A stretch of DNA of 57,643 bases from NCBI RefSeq assembly GCF_000315625.1, contig NW_005434474.1, positions 1-57,643 of the forward strand. The letters are read 5' to 3'. Position 1 is the first letter of the stretch. Every line of letters starts with the position of its first letter. The notes under the pieces were generated by a model, which saw only the letters and a program-made list of their open reading frames with translations, had not been told where the DNA came from and searched no databases. This DNA comes from Guillardia theta CCMP2712. Its lineage: Eukaryota > Protista > Cryptophyta. The position numbers and the translations under genes were made by a program. Shown here in pieces: positions 8,213 through 20,589 of the stretch.

Positions 8213-10813
8213 CTAATGCTTCAACGCCAGCAAGAAAGACATGACGCATGCAAGGGCCGTGACAAGCATAGTAGAAGAGGGGCTGGACGCGGAGCTGAAA
8301 ACAAGATCTGCGACCATCAGATGAGTACATCGCAAGCTGACCAGGCAAAAGTGTCACCTTCATTAGAAAGCTTCACCGTCGCACTCAAGTCTGTGCATTT
8401 CGCGATGAGTTCCTTGCCTGTCATGGGGCATCCAAGCTGCGTGGGGACATTCTAGCAACGATAATGATTGACAGTCACAGCAAAGAAAGGTCACCGCGCA
8501 GTCCAAAGAGCCAGACTTGACAGAGTCTAACAGATTCCTCATGAACACAAACTCATGCTTCGGCACTTTGTCAGGATACACGCTCTGTTGCGGGAGTTAT
8601 AAAAGCGGGACGAGAGGGTCTGGACAAGCACCGACCTTAATGACATCCAAGAGCAAGGCATCAGGCTGCAGCTGTCCTCCAGCCAACCATTCAGTGCCAC
8701 CCGATGGGTCAGCCTTCCTTCCAAAGTCGAAGACCTAAAAGCTTATCAGCATAAAGTTCGTCAATAAGCTTTGCAAAACCATTTTGTTATCTACGGCAGG
8801 GATGCCCTGGATGCAACTTTCAGTTTCGAATACGATTGAAAGCAAGCGCATTACTTTCAAGTTGTTGAAGAAAGAGACATATTCAGCAATACAATCGTAT
8901 CCTGATGCAAGCGTTAGGAGAATTACTTCCTTAGCGAAAGTAATGAAAACCCGGCGTTGAGCAGCTGCAAAAAAGGGTAGGACAACAAGTCAGCAAAGTT
9001 TATCGTTCACGTGGGAAAGTCTCTCACAAAGAACTCTCGAGCACAATCACGTCAACATTCTTCGCAAACTCAATGAGCTTCGAGTTTTCAATCGCTTGGT
9101 ATCCCTTGCCGTAAACACTTGGTGTCGAACCCTTCGAAGTCCTTTAGTCGCAAACTTCATTTCAAGTCATTCACCGCTAGTGCACTGGTGTCACTGTTGA
9201 CTGCGATAGCTCCTGCGGCCTTGACAAGCTCGCAATATCGGGTATCTGAGATTTCTGTCAACTACAAACGATCAAACAACAACTCACAGGAGGTAGAAGG
9301 ATCACAGGTCTTGACCTCCCATCCTTTGTAAGTGCCGTATGCCCTACAGACAAGAAAAACAAACTATCACAAGAAGAAATCCAAAGCAGACAAAGAGAGT
9401 TACGGGTATGCTTCTTTCCAATACGATACGAAAAGAACTCTCTTCTTGTCCTGGATGGACATTGCAAACTCGGAGCTGGTAACCCATCTGCAACATTGAA
9501 TTCAGAACGAAAAAAAGCAACTGTACTGAATCCTGCACCTCTGTCGAGTAGTGTCAGCGAATTGGCCAACAATAGCCTCACGATTGAAGAAGACAGAAAA
9601 GTATTCGATCCATTCCCCTGCAACGAGTTATTCAAAAATCTGAACTTTGATTATCTGAATCTTCTAGGTGTTCACCAGCTGCATAAAAGTTATTTTCCGA
9701 GATATCGCTAACCATGATGGGATTCTGCAGGAGTGATTCAGTCACTTCATATGACAACAAATACATTCGATACCTTGCATACCAATCCAGTTGTACAGAA
9801 CGAACCCTCGATTTTAAGGGCATTCAACGCTTCATTAGGTACTTGCACATCTATCTTCTTTTCAATATGCCAACCAAGACATTGTTTTGACTTACTTGGA
9901 GTGGTCGCATTATTATCTGTGTCTTTGAGATCACAATATCTGTGAGTTGAGATACGTGAGGAGACTAATTCCTGTCCGAAAAAGCCGAATCTACCCTAAT
10001 GTGGACGAGCACCAATTGGTGAAGGGAGCATTCTTAGTCCATCCATCTGATACCTGAATGGACTGGTGTCAGTAAGATGAAATGACGAAACGAAAAGATA
10101 TTCCTGTCTATGCAAACAAGGGCTTGAGCTGTACAGACCATTGATGATGCGCATTGACGATCTCTCACCTATCAATGTGCATGAGTGAAGGATGTCGTCA
10201 CAACAACGCGGCTACCCATCAATTCCATGAATCCAAAGTATGTCGACGAGCTCATGTAAACCTTTGAAAGAGGGATTTCGAATACACCATCGATGTCCTG
10301 TTTCACTCCTCAGCTCATTTCTCAGGCGATCAAAAAGTCGACCTGGCCATCTGCTGCTGCAGGTCTGATCGCCAAACGCAATTCTCATGTCGAAACATGA
10401 CAATCAATGAATGAAATACCTGCTACACCCTCGCTGATAGAGGACGTACTTCTTGTTCAAAACCTTGTTTTCAACGATCTGGCGAGCATCTCAACATTTG
10501 AAGAGAGTAGATGAATTTACCTTGTACGTATTCTTGTAGGTGATGCCATATTTGGCAAACAAGGGTGCAACCTTGTCCGGGAATTGATCCTAAGGCAAAC
10601 TCAATCCAGAAGTGAAGAGACCGGGGTATGGGACTTACAACATTCTCGTTACAAGAGGAGACGGTTCCAACAGATACTTTGTAGCCGTTGTCGTATGTCC
10701 ACTATGCATGAATTCACAACGAGACATTCACAATGTGACGATTTGACCTGATTGATAGAATTCCCTGCCGAAAGGGATATGGTTCCCACAAGGATTAAAG
10801 CAGCGAATCTCAT
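8213..10813 (-). CDS. CBA1: CBA1-like protein, paralogue B; multi-exon, signal peptide, GPI-like C-terminus
   Basis: MRFAALILVGTISLSAGNSINQ|WTYDNGYKV...|DQFPDKVAPLFAKYGITYKNTYK|IVENKVLNKKYVLYQRGCS|...FEIPLSKVYMSSSTYFGFMELMG|...NPIMVSDISENNFYAAGEWIEYFSVFFNRE...GIPAVDNKM|VFDFGRKADPSGGTEWLAGGQLQPDALLLDVIK|SVYPDKVPKHEFVFMRNLL...SSASSPSSTMLVTALACVMSFLLALKH*. Intron positions largely match paralogue A. Confidence 0.85.
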
Positions 10814-10962
10814 TCTTGTTGCAGGAAACGTTTCAGTTCATGTCAGCATGATTTGGCACACTTGAATCGACAATCAAGACGTTTTGGCTCACTGTGATGC
10901 TCGGCTACTAAGCGTGTTTGCTGCTATTACACACTCACTCTCATGCATAGAAAAGTTTTTCT

Positions 10963-11180
10963 TGTTCTGCTCTGCTCTGCTCTGCTCTGCTCTGCTCTGC
11001 TCTGCTCTGTTCTGTTCTGTTCTGTTCTGCTCAATCAAGCAAGCAAGCATTTTTCTGACTTTCCTGTCCTCGTCAATCCATCTCCATTGGCGTGTTGATA
11101 TCGCGCAAAAATCCATTTCGCTCCACCCTCCCTCCCACCCTCCCTACCTACCTACCTACCTACCTACCTACCTACCTACC
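10963..11180. repeat. Microsatellites (CTCTG/TTCTG)n at 10963-11031 and (CTAC)n at 11143-11180
   Basis: Directly visible. Confidence 0.95.
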
Positions 11181-12049
11181 TCCCTCCCCCTCCATGCCCT
11201 TTAGTTTATCGACCATCTCTCTCGGATCTGAGCTTTTAAATCCTCTGCTTCTCCCCCTCCCCCTCTTCTCTTCCTCTGCGCCTCCCGTCCTCTCCCTCTT
11301 GCGATGCGGCCATAGAATCACGCGTCAGCTGCCTATGACCTTCCTTGGACCCTGCTAGGACCTTCTAAACTCGAACTGGATCATATGCCCTATCTGTTGC
11401 TAGGACCGTCCATATACGTTCTCTAGGTCCCTGTCTCCTGTGTAATTGTAGGTGTAATTAAATTTCTATGACCTCTCTATGACCAATCTATGACCTGGAG
11501 TATGACCAAATATTTTTATAATGCACCGATCCTAAGACCAGTTTGGTATCAATAGAGCGGAATTCTTCATAATAAAAAAAACTCGGTGTAAAGGCCGTGG
11601 TCTACTACCCCACATCCTGATGGGTCATTTTTCATGGGGGAATAAAACCCCCTCCCCCCCACCCTTCCACGCTCTTCTTATCGCTTCAGGCCCCTTCCTC
11701 TCCTCCCCTTCTTGTTCTTTCTCCTCTTCTTCTCCTTGTCTATGCTCATACGTGTATGTATCTCCCTACCTCTACCTCTCCCCATCCTCTGTATCTCCTC
11801 GTCTTGTCCTATATACTAGGCTCATACGTATCTCCCTACCTCTTCCCATCCTCTGTATCTTTGTCTCTTTATCTAAGCTCATACTTGTCCTCCTGTTCTC
11901 CTCCATTATAATTTCCCTTTTCTCCTTCCGTTCCTCCCCTTCTCCTCCAAATGAATCTACCATTCCCCTTCTACTCATGTCCCTCATATCTTTCTAATCA
12001 TTCTGCGTCTTCCATGAATACCATTCTGTAGACTTGGTTGTCATTTGTT

Positions 12050-14670
12050 GGTGGAGAATTGTTTGCTGCGTGCACTTTCTTTATCTTCTGGTTGCATCCC
12101 GAAAGTTCAGCACAGTCTATCGGCATCATCAATCAGCATTGTGAGTGCGTTGCTGGTGTGCATAATTGTGCGTCAGGTTGCCGAATCTGTCTCGGATCGA
12201 TTCGTTTTTGTGACGCGATTTGTGATGATCGATATGTGATGCGCCAAACAGATATGAGATGTGTGACGGGATCAGAAAGACGTGTAAATATTTCAAAAAG
12301 ACGTGCGTTAGAACATGTTGAACATTTACCTGTGAGAGGACGAGGGCTAAGGCTTCCAGCGGTGAACGAAGGGGTTAAGCGAACATTTACACATCTGACT
12401 TAATCGAAATTGCAAAATGCAGAGAATGTCAGAGATCAACTCTGAACATGTGCAACATCATACTCACGAGCCTGTCTTCTGATCACCGCAATCTTTTTCG
12501 TTTTGTCTAAAAGCAACTTGATCTCTTGAACTCCTTGAAATAAAAGAGCACATCAAAGTTATTGATCGCTCCTCCTTCCATGCTTGATGCCCACCGGACA
12601 CCATAATCCATTCTTTCATACGAATGCTATTCCGAACATCGGTACTGCATACACCGCTGGGTGGAACTGGCAATAAAAGGGTCTAGATCGTATATAGCAG
12701 TTCTACCCCAGTGATAGATTTCGTGAGTTATCCAGTAGTTGAACACTCTCGCTGTCATGCACACTGTTTCTTTTCCGAAAAGAAACCTGCGAATCTGTTC
12801 AAGTACAGGTGAGAAGCAATTCTTTGGATGTTTGGGACATTTTATGGGATGTTTGGAACACTCATGTTCGGAACCTTCACGTCTGGAACATTCATCGGAC
12901 TCATTTGATTTCGCAAGGCACATGACCGGAAATAATCCCGAGGGTTCAATCAAATTTTACAGCTGTACAGGCAAGATTTATTTCACCACGGACCAGGAGA
13001 CAATCTTCAGGGGTCTCCTTCCCACGGGCCAGGAGACAATCTTCAGGGGTCTCCTTCCCACGGGCCAGGAGACAATCTTGAGGGGTCTCCTTCCCACGGA
13101 CCAGGAGAGAGAACTGAGCTTCGCTTGCTATCAGATGCTCTGAACAAAACATCAACAGAGCGTCGCACGTCAACACGAGCAGTTGCATTGCAGTTGCATT
13201 GCAGTACCTCTCATCTTTTTCCTTTGGTCTACGCGAAGATCTCTGTTGGATACGCAAAAGATTAGATTTGTCGTTGGAATTTCAATTTGTGGCTGAGTGT
13301 TGCGCTTACATTTTCACATTTTGTATCCTGATCATTCATGCCCAAGTATGCTCTTGTTTGATAGGGAAAGGAATGAATATTCTCCCTTAAACTATCAGTG
13401 CCTTCGATATCAAGCAATGAAAATTCATCTCTGTCTGTGAAATAGTTCACAATGCTTGAGTTAGACCCTTGAGCCTTGCGAAGAGAGTCAAAAAGGATCG
13501 AAGGTTAGGCAAATAAAAGCTACTCGTGCTCCTCTCGACGTATTTGCTGCTGTAGAAGCTCTAAGTAATGTATTACTCACAATCGCAAGGAAAAATTTGG
13601 ACAAACCTGGAATTCAAGGCTACCCGAATTGGGATTCCCATAATTCTGAAATCGAATTTCAGGCGAGATAAGATTCGATAAGACACGATCAACCTTTCAG
13701 AATCAAATATAATCGATCTTATCGGAGAAAGCCCAGTTCTATTTTTAGATGTATATGAATCCGTAGACATATCGCCCGTCATCTGATTTGTCTGCCTGTT
13801 CCCTTCAGGCAATCTCATATGCTTTGATGGATTTTTCTCATTGATGATATCATTTTTCAACTACCGTAGCACATGGGCATCTATGTCAGTGAACAAATCA
13901 AAACTTGAGCAGACGATATGCACACATCATAATACGAAAAAGTATTTTCTGGATTTCGTCTGCTCAATCGAAACCTGCAAACATCGCAAACATTTCAAAG
14001 TTTGCAGAAATATTTTGGTTGACTTGATGACTCAGTATACGTATGCGGAGCCGTGCTTGGCTTGACTGGCCCCTATCATATCATTTAGCACAATCGTCTG
14101 CCTGCAGACTTGAACTTTTCGACCTGTCTTCGGGCTCCGGTGATGACAAGTCCAGAAAGAGGTCCGGAACTGCAACAATTGATATCGAACTTGAAGTATC
14201 CTGTCTGATGGGGTAACCTTTCTGTGAAGTCTAGGCCTGCCGACATTGACTGCCTTGTCCCTGAGTTATGATTGTTCTCTGAACGCCTTGAGTCCATCTT
14301 ACTCCTTCGCTCCTCCTTTGTTCGTGTGTTCGATTTCAACTGCAGCGAGCCGATCAATTCGAAGCTAAATCTTTTTGTTTTAATGTTCACCATGCGATTG
14401 TTTGTGCCCTTGTAAACAGCTGAACGAGTTGATGTGTCAGTTCAAAGGAAGACAACCCAGTCATTCTTGCCTGCGGAGGAACTCCAACACGGAGATTTCT
14501 TTTTGAACTCATTGAAAGATTTCAGGCCATTCAAGCCAAAATCCTGTCGAGCGTCAGCACGTGTCTAGGAAAAGGCACGTGTACGTCATGAGATGCTAGA
14601 TCCCCCCAGCGCCTGGCCTTGGTGTAGGAGGTTGAGAGTGAATGTTGAAAACTCATGGCAGGTCCCCGGA
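12050..14670 (-). CDS. Probable multi-exon hypothetical gene; structure and ends not resolved
   Basis: Several minus-strand open stretches are bounded by AG/GT, for example DFGLNGLKSFNEFKKKSPCWSS, GYFKFDINCCSSGPLSGLVITGARRQVEKFK and TIVLNDMIGASQAKHGSAY. No recognisable domain. Confidence 0.3.
12986..13109. repeat. 36-bp minisatellite CCACGG(G/A)CCAGGAGACAATCTTCAGGGGTCTCCTTC, about 3.4 copies
   Basis: Units start at 12986, 13022, 13058 and 13094. Confidence 0.95.
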
Positions 14671-15439
14671 GATGATTCAAAGTAGAACGAGACTCGAGAA
14701 GTCAACAGGAATGCATCCGATTCAATCGCCTGTCAGGTTGAAACCAAAACCAATCAGAACATTCAGAAAATGCTTTGATTCATCGAAAACTCGAAATCTT
14801 CTGCAATTCCATTGCTCAATTGACATTGGTCTTGAATACTTCCCCGCTCTTATCTGTCTGCTATGCCTCATCTTTGCTAACCTCCTGTCTTTTCAACTCG
14901 GAGAGTTGACCAGATATGGTCAGACTCGCTTCATGCAGGTCGCTTCCCTATCCCTAAGCAAACGCTACCATCATCATGTTGTCTGATACGATGACATGCA
15001 TGTCGCCTCTACCTCCTCTTCTTTTTCTTGTTCTTCAAGTTTCCTCGTCTCCTCTCCTGTCTCCTTTCGTTTCTAGTTCCTCCTCTCCTCTCCTCGGAAT
15101 CTTTCATCTCATTATTATTTGCAAGTTGAATCTTGTGTACACCACCCCTGCACAAGAGTAGCATAGGAGGCCACCCTACCCCTTGAATGACACTCCTGCT
15201 TCACCCCGGACCCTCGCAAATTCTCACAAAAAACTATGTTGATGACCCCTGGAAGGGTACCCCAACTCCTCTGCCATGAGCTCACGGCCTCCCCACCCCT
15301 TGCGGTTGACTGGCATCATCAGACTCCAGTACTCATCAGTTGTGTATCCACCAAGTTACTGGGGTCCGGTACTACCGTGAGGACCCGGTACTATACGGGG
15401 TGAGGACCCGGTACTACCGTGCGACTTTACCAGCGACAA

Positions 15440-16620
15440 TGCACTTTGACAGTTGCAGAGATCCAGGACCGTCAGACGCAACGAGGAGAACGAGAACAAG
15501 AGAAGATCATCATAGAGGACACGAAGATTCAAGAACAAGAGAAGATCATCATAGAGGACAAGAAGATTCAAGAACAAGAGAAGATCATCATAGAGGACAA
15601 GAAGATTCAAGAACAAGAGAAGATCATCATCGGACTGGATGTTGGAAACAATCACGTTCCCTCTTCCAAAACGTCGCCTGCACAAGTAGGACAGGAGCTG
15701 GCAGACTTGAAGCAAGCCATCTTCTTGGCGAAAGAAGTTCCTAGCTCGGTTGCAGCAGCCATCGGCATCGCTGGGTTCATGAGCTGGTCGAACCTGACCA
15801 TGCGCTCAACTGGCTAGCCCAGAAGTCGATGACACGAAGAAAAGCTTAGAGACGAAGATGCCTCTGATGCAGATGCAGATGGCTATACCATGGTAGATGG
15901 ATGCAAAGAAGATGAGAAACAGGACCTGCAGTATCTTTCCGAGGAGGAAATTGCTTGCAGAAATATCGATGAAATCTTTTGGGCCGTAATGAAACGTGAT
16001 GTCAGAACCGTCAAGCGTGCAGTTGAGAAGGTGGTGGATAGCGCGACATGCGATGCCTGCGGGAACACGTTGCTGATCCTTACAGCTCAAAGTGGATGCG
16101 CAGAGAAATAGTGTCGTTTCTGATCGAGTAGTGAGTATACATGACTTGGGCTCTGACAGACCCTGTGTGTTGAATGCATGTTTGCTCATTGCAGCGGATT
16201 CAACGTTAATGCTCAAACAGCTTTGCATTTCGCGTCACACCTTGCCCGTCCTCCAGATCGGATATTCGCAACGACTACGACATGACTGCAGAAGAAGGCG
16301 ATTTGTCCAGAATGAGCTTCCCGGCTCTGCCCATTGCTGGTCTTACTACTGCCTCGCAGCTTCTGTTTCTTCTCGCCTCTCTTGATTGCGTGTAGTTTCC
16401 CTTGACTCTCGTGATCGTTCAGGAGACTTCAGTTCCACGAGCCAAGGGGGCTCGAGGTGAGAGCTCCTCAGATGGAAGCTCTTAGCTACGAGATTGAAGC
16501 TCTAAAAGATCTGTTGATGTTCTTGTTTGCAGAGCAACCAGGAGCGGCTCCGAAGTCACTGCTGGCACGTCAAAAAAAGGAACATGCCATCGGACTGGAT
16601 GTTGGAAACAATCACGCGAA
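15440..16620 (+). pseudogene. Ankyrin-repeat protein pseudogene with 39-bp coding repeat (EQEKIIIEDKKIQ, about 3.5 copies)
   Basis: DACGNTLLILTAQSGCAEK*CRF, then a frameshift, then FNVNAQTALHFASH: an ankyrin consensus with an in-frame TAG at 16109-16111. The tandem repeat is at 15492-15630. Confidence 0.6.
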
Positions 16621-16826
16621 CACTCTTTAAATCACAGCTAGCCTGGTACCAGTCACTCTTTTCACAGCTAGCCTGGTACCAGTCACTTTTACTCACAGCT
16701 AGCCTGGTACTAGTCACTCTTTACTCACAGCTAGCCTGGTACCACTGAGTCACTCTTTACTCACAGCTAGCCTGGTACCAGTCACTTTTACTCACAGCTA
16801 GCCTGGTACCAGTCACTCTTTACTCA
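16621..16826. repeat. About 31-32-bp minisatellite CACTCTTTACTCACAGCTAGCCTGGTACCAGT, about 6.5 copies
   Basis: Directly visible, with small indels and no spacers. Confidence 0.95.
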
Positions 16827-17483
16827 ACTCGAAAGTGGAGTGCATTTAGAGGTACGGTGCTATGGTAGTCTCCCTTCACAGATGGGGTGGGGTGGTACGC
16901 CAATGCAACCATGAGCTGCCAAAGTCGCAACGTCCTGGGGTCGTTTCTCCTTTTCAAAAGTATTCGTGCATATTTCAAATTTGATATGTGTATTTGAAAA
17001 AAGTCAAAGGACGATGAGACTGTTTTGCGTTTGCATGGCCAGGCAAGACCAAGCTGAAGATGCGAGGAAGAGACGAACAGCTGTTGCTCATGCTGTAGAG
17101 AGCAGAGACACGAAAACAACTGCACCCTCAAGGATATAGCAAAGAAAAAAGTAGGAAACCGACTTGCAGAAGGAGCAATGCAAAACTATGTTGCACGAGA
17201 AATAATGACAACACGTAGCAAAAGCAAACGATACAAAAAGGTCTAGTCATGAACATGATATCTGATTGAGGATGGAGTAGAATCGATCTTTAAGAGACGT
17301 AGAAGAATACTTGCCCGAAAAGCCAAGTCAGAGGTGAGGGTCCAAGCCCGGCAGAGGAGAAGAAAGCACTCAAAATAAAAAGCATGAGGACAAAGGGCTT
17401 TTAGATTGATTGTACGAGGTCGATGCTTGCCATGACACAACAACATGGATGAAACTGATGTTGATGCTCTTGAAAGGATCTTC

Positions 17484-18840
17484 ATGTTCGCGTTCAGGCT
17501 ACAGATCATCTTCGCGCTTGTCCTCTTACACTTGAATGACGTTCGAGGCTTCGTTGCAACATGTTGTTTCGGTTCTACCTCTTGGATTCGAAAGTCTCAT
17601 ATGCGTGCAGTCAATGGTCACCTTGGAAGACATTCAAGTCGCGTGACAGGTAGTGCGCTACATGTCTTAATCGCGCCAACCATGATTGAATCTCTTCGCG
17701 GCTCCTCAGGTCAGCAAACTTGCAGGTTGGCTTGTGGAAGCGGAGAGCCGCTGAGAGAGGTAAAGGCCTTGTCTTGACCCGCTTGAATGACGTCGAGGTG
17801 CATGGAGCAGGCGAGGGTCTCCTTCTGGGAGTGGGAGGCAGTCCGACAGAAAAGCGAGCCAGAAAGGTTGGAATTCCTCGCGCGAAAGCTCGGGCCAGTG
17901 GTGGACGCCATTCCACATCATGAGCTCCAACACCCCCTGGTAACTCCCTCGCGCCTCTGTCAAACTCGTCTCAAACATAACCATCAGAATTTGAAAAAGT
18001 CCAGCATTGGCGAAATTTTCCAGCACTTCGATCAAGACAAGTCTGGTCATATTTGCCAGTATGAGTTGGAAATCGCCTTGAAGAGCTTTCAGGTATGTTG
18101 AGGTGTGGAAGACCCACTTGTTCTGTTTGACATTCAGATGAAATTGTTGAAACTCCTATACAGTGAATGATGGCTTGTTCGAGAAGCTTTGACTTCCCGC
18201 TTTCTTGTGCAGATTTCCTTTGATGAAATGAGCGTGAAAGAAATCCTGTCTATCTGTGATTTGGACAAGGTAAGGAGGACCAGGGGGGACGAGCGAGAAG
18301 CTGAAGAATGACTTGCTGACAGGACGGTCGGGTGGACCTGAAAGATTTCAAACGAGCGGTTGCAAGGATGCGGACTTACACAAGGATGGTAAGGCAGACA
18401 ATGCATGGGATGAAATGCCTCAATGGACCTGGTTCATGAGCGGGAGGAGGAGAACAAAGAGGGCCCAAGCCTGTCTTATGCTGCTTGCAGATCAAAGCTG
18501 AGGTTGACAAGGAGCTGCAAGAAGCACAACGTTCAAGACATCACGGGTAACTTCAGAATCTCTACACGCCTCCCTCTTGAGTTGTCTGCACGCCTCGTCT
18601 TAACACTGATGTTGGTTTCATTCTGTCCCTTCATCTTCTTCAGACCAGCTGAGCTCCAGCTGAACTCATTCCACGTGCAGGTCGACCTCGCACGAGGCTC
18701 TCCGACCTCCGAGCACAGACCTCAAGAGCTTCAGGTGCGGGGGGTTTAGGGTTTCGGGTGTCGCGGCAGGGAGGTGAGGTAGCGACAGGATCGCGATGCT
18801 GCAGGAGCTGAAGCACAAGTTGAGACTGGAGGATTCTTGA
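17484..18840 (+). CDS. EF-hand calcium-binding protein with predicted bipartite plastid-targeting leader
   Basis: Leader MFAFRLQIIFALVLLHLNDVRG-F followed by a Ser/Arg-rich transit-like stretch. EF loops DQDKSGHICQYE and DLDK|DGRVDLKD. Last exon ...IAMLQELKHKLRLEDS*. Confidence 0.72.
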
Positions 18841-19079
18841 TGAGGAAGAAGATTCCTGAACCGAGAGCTCCATGTGTGGGCACAAGTCAGCCTGATGATT
18901 CAGACCGGGAAATGTTGAGGGGTAAGGGAGGAGAGAGGAGGGAGCAGGTAATACTGCTTGTAATGTAGCTGTCTTTTTTCATAAATCTACACACGATACA
19001 CATGAATACGATCATAAGGTCCTCTAGACACCTGCATTCTTCTCCTTTCCTCCTCTCTCAATTTTCCGACTGCATCTCT

Positions 19080-20460
19080 ACCCTTGGTGCGCCCATAGGC
19101 GAGAACCCCTTCCGGAGATCAAATGGCTGGTCCTGCCAGCATCTTAGTGGACGATCATGTCAAGATGGAGAAGAAGTGCAGCAGGATGACATCATCACAA
19201 GAACAGATGGGAAACTAAGTCAACTCAACTCTCCCGATATTTCCTTCTCTCCCTTTCCTCGCTACGATGCTCACTATTCTCCCCACTGTCCAAACCTTTA
19301 CCAGCCCTTCCCCTGTTCCCTCCCCTCTGCAACCATGTGCCTCCATTCCTTCTTCCCCTCCGCATCATCGCGTCCGCTTCCTCTCCGTCTCTCACACACC
19401 AGCGGCAGCTCCTCATCGCCTCATGAAGCTTTCGGCTGATCCTTCACACCACAAGCACAGGCAACATAGAGAAAAAAAGACGTCAAAATCGCGGCAAGTC
19501 AAGTTCCACCTGCTTCTCTCTCCGCGCCTTGTTCCTCTCGCTTTCGGGCGTCGGGGCCCAGGACCCCGCCAGCCCCTCCAGCACCCCCCGCGCGCTCTTG
19601 CGATCCTCAGGAGAGGCAGTCACCTCATGGTAGAAGCCGCCGTCAGCTGGGCGAGGAGGCGAGGTAGGGACACTGTTGTAGACCGCTGACGGAGGGGGTC
19701 AGTCCAAGACGTGGCAGCAGGAGCAGAGGAGGAAGAGGAGAGGAGAAGGAGGAGAAAGAGAAGGGAGGAGGTGTAGGAAAGAGGAAGATCCTAGAAGGAG
19801 AGATCAAAACAAACTGTGGGAAAAGAGAGTGGAGGGAAGGGAGAGAGGGGAGCGGGGGAGGCGAGGAGAGGCGGTCTACTTTGTCCGAGGAGGACGCCCT
19901 CCACGTTATCGGCCCACTCGTCGACCTGTGGGGCGTGAGCAGGAGGGGGGGGGGGGGAAGAAGGAAGAGGCTGCTGACCTTGTTGATCGCTCCTGTCACC
20001 TTCTTGGAGATAGCAGCCCTGAGCCTGGCAAAGCTGCGCTCGGCGTCAGCAGGAGGAGACAGTTGGGTCCAGAAGGGCAGAGGAGAAAGGCGAGGACAAG
20101 AAGGAGGCGAAGGGGGAGGCGAAGGAGGAGGGGGAAGGCTCAGTGTTGCGGGGTTAGAGGGCACCTGAACTTCTCGCCGCTTCCTACTGAAGCAGCTGCC
20201 ACACCCTGCGAGCTCCTCCCAGCCTCATGCGCGCGATACACCTCCTCTGTCGAGCGATTCGTTTGTCGAGCGACCTTCATCATCGTTGTCATCCCACGAT
20301 CGACACCCATCTCCCTCTCCTTCCCTCTCCTCCCTCTTCCTCCTCCCTCCTATCCTTGAAATCTCATACCTGTGCGAACACATCCTGCTGAACCGGCTTG
20401 AAGACGATCTCGTTCTTTGGGCGGCTGCTTGGATATCAGCTCAACGAGCTCACGTTCAGG
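19080..20460 (-). CDS. Multi-exon hypothetical protein; ends uncertain
   Basis: Exon-like segments FARLRAAISKKVTGAINK|VDEWADNVEGVLLGQ and DRKSARGVLEGLAGSWAPTPESERNKARREKQ are separated by pyrimidine-rich GT-AG introns. Confidence 0.35.
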
Positions 20461-20589
20461 AAGACGATGGTGGTGGTGGTGGTGGTAGAGGTCGAGGAGG
20501 AAGGGAAGGAGGAGAAGCAGGAGGTGGTAGTGCAGAATTGCGAACCTTCTGGGCTCTGGATTGTCCAGCACGACCCAGCTGCTCAGGTG

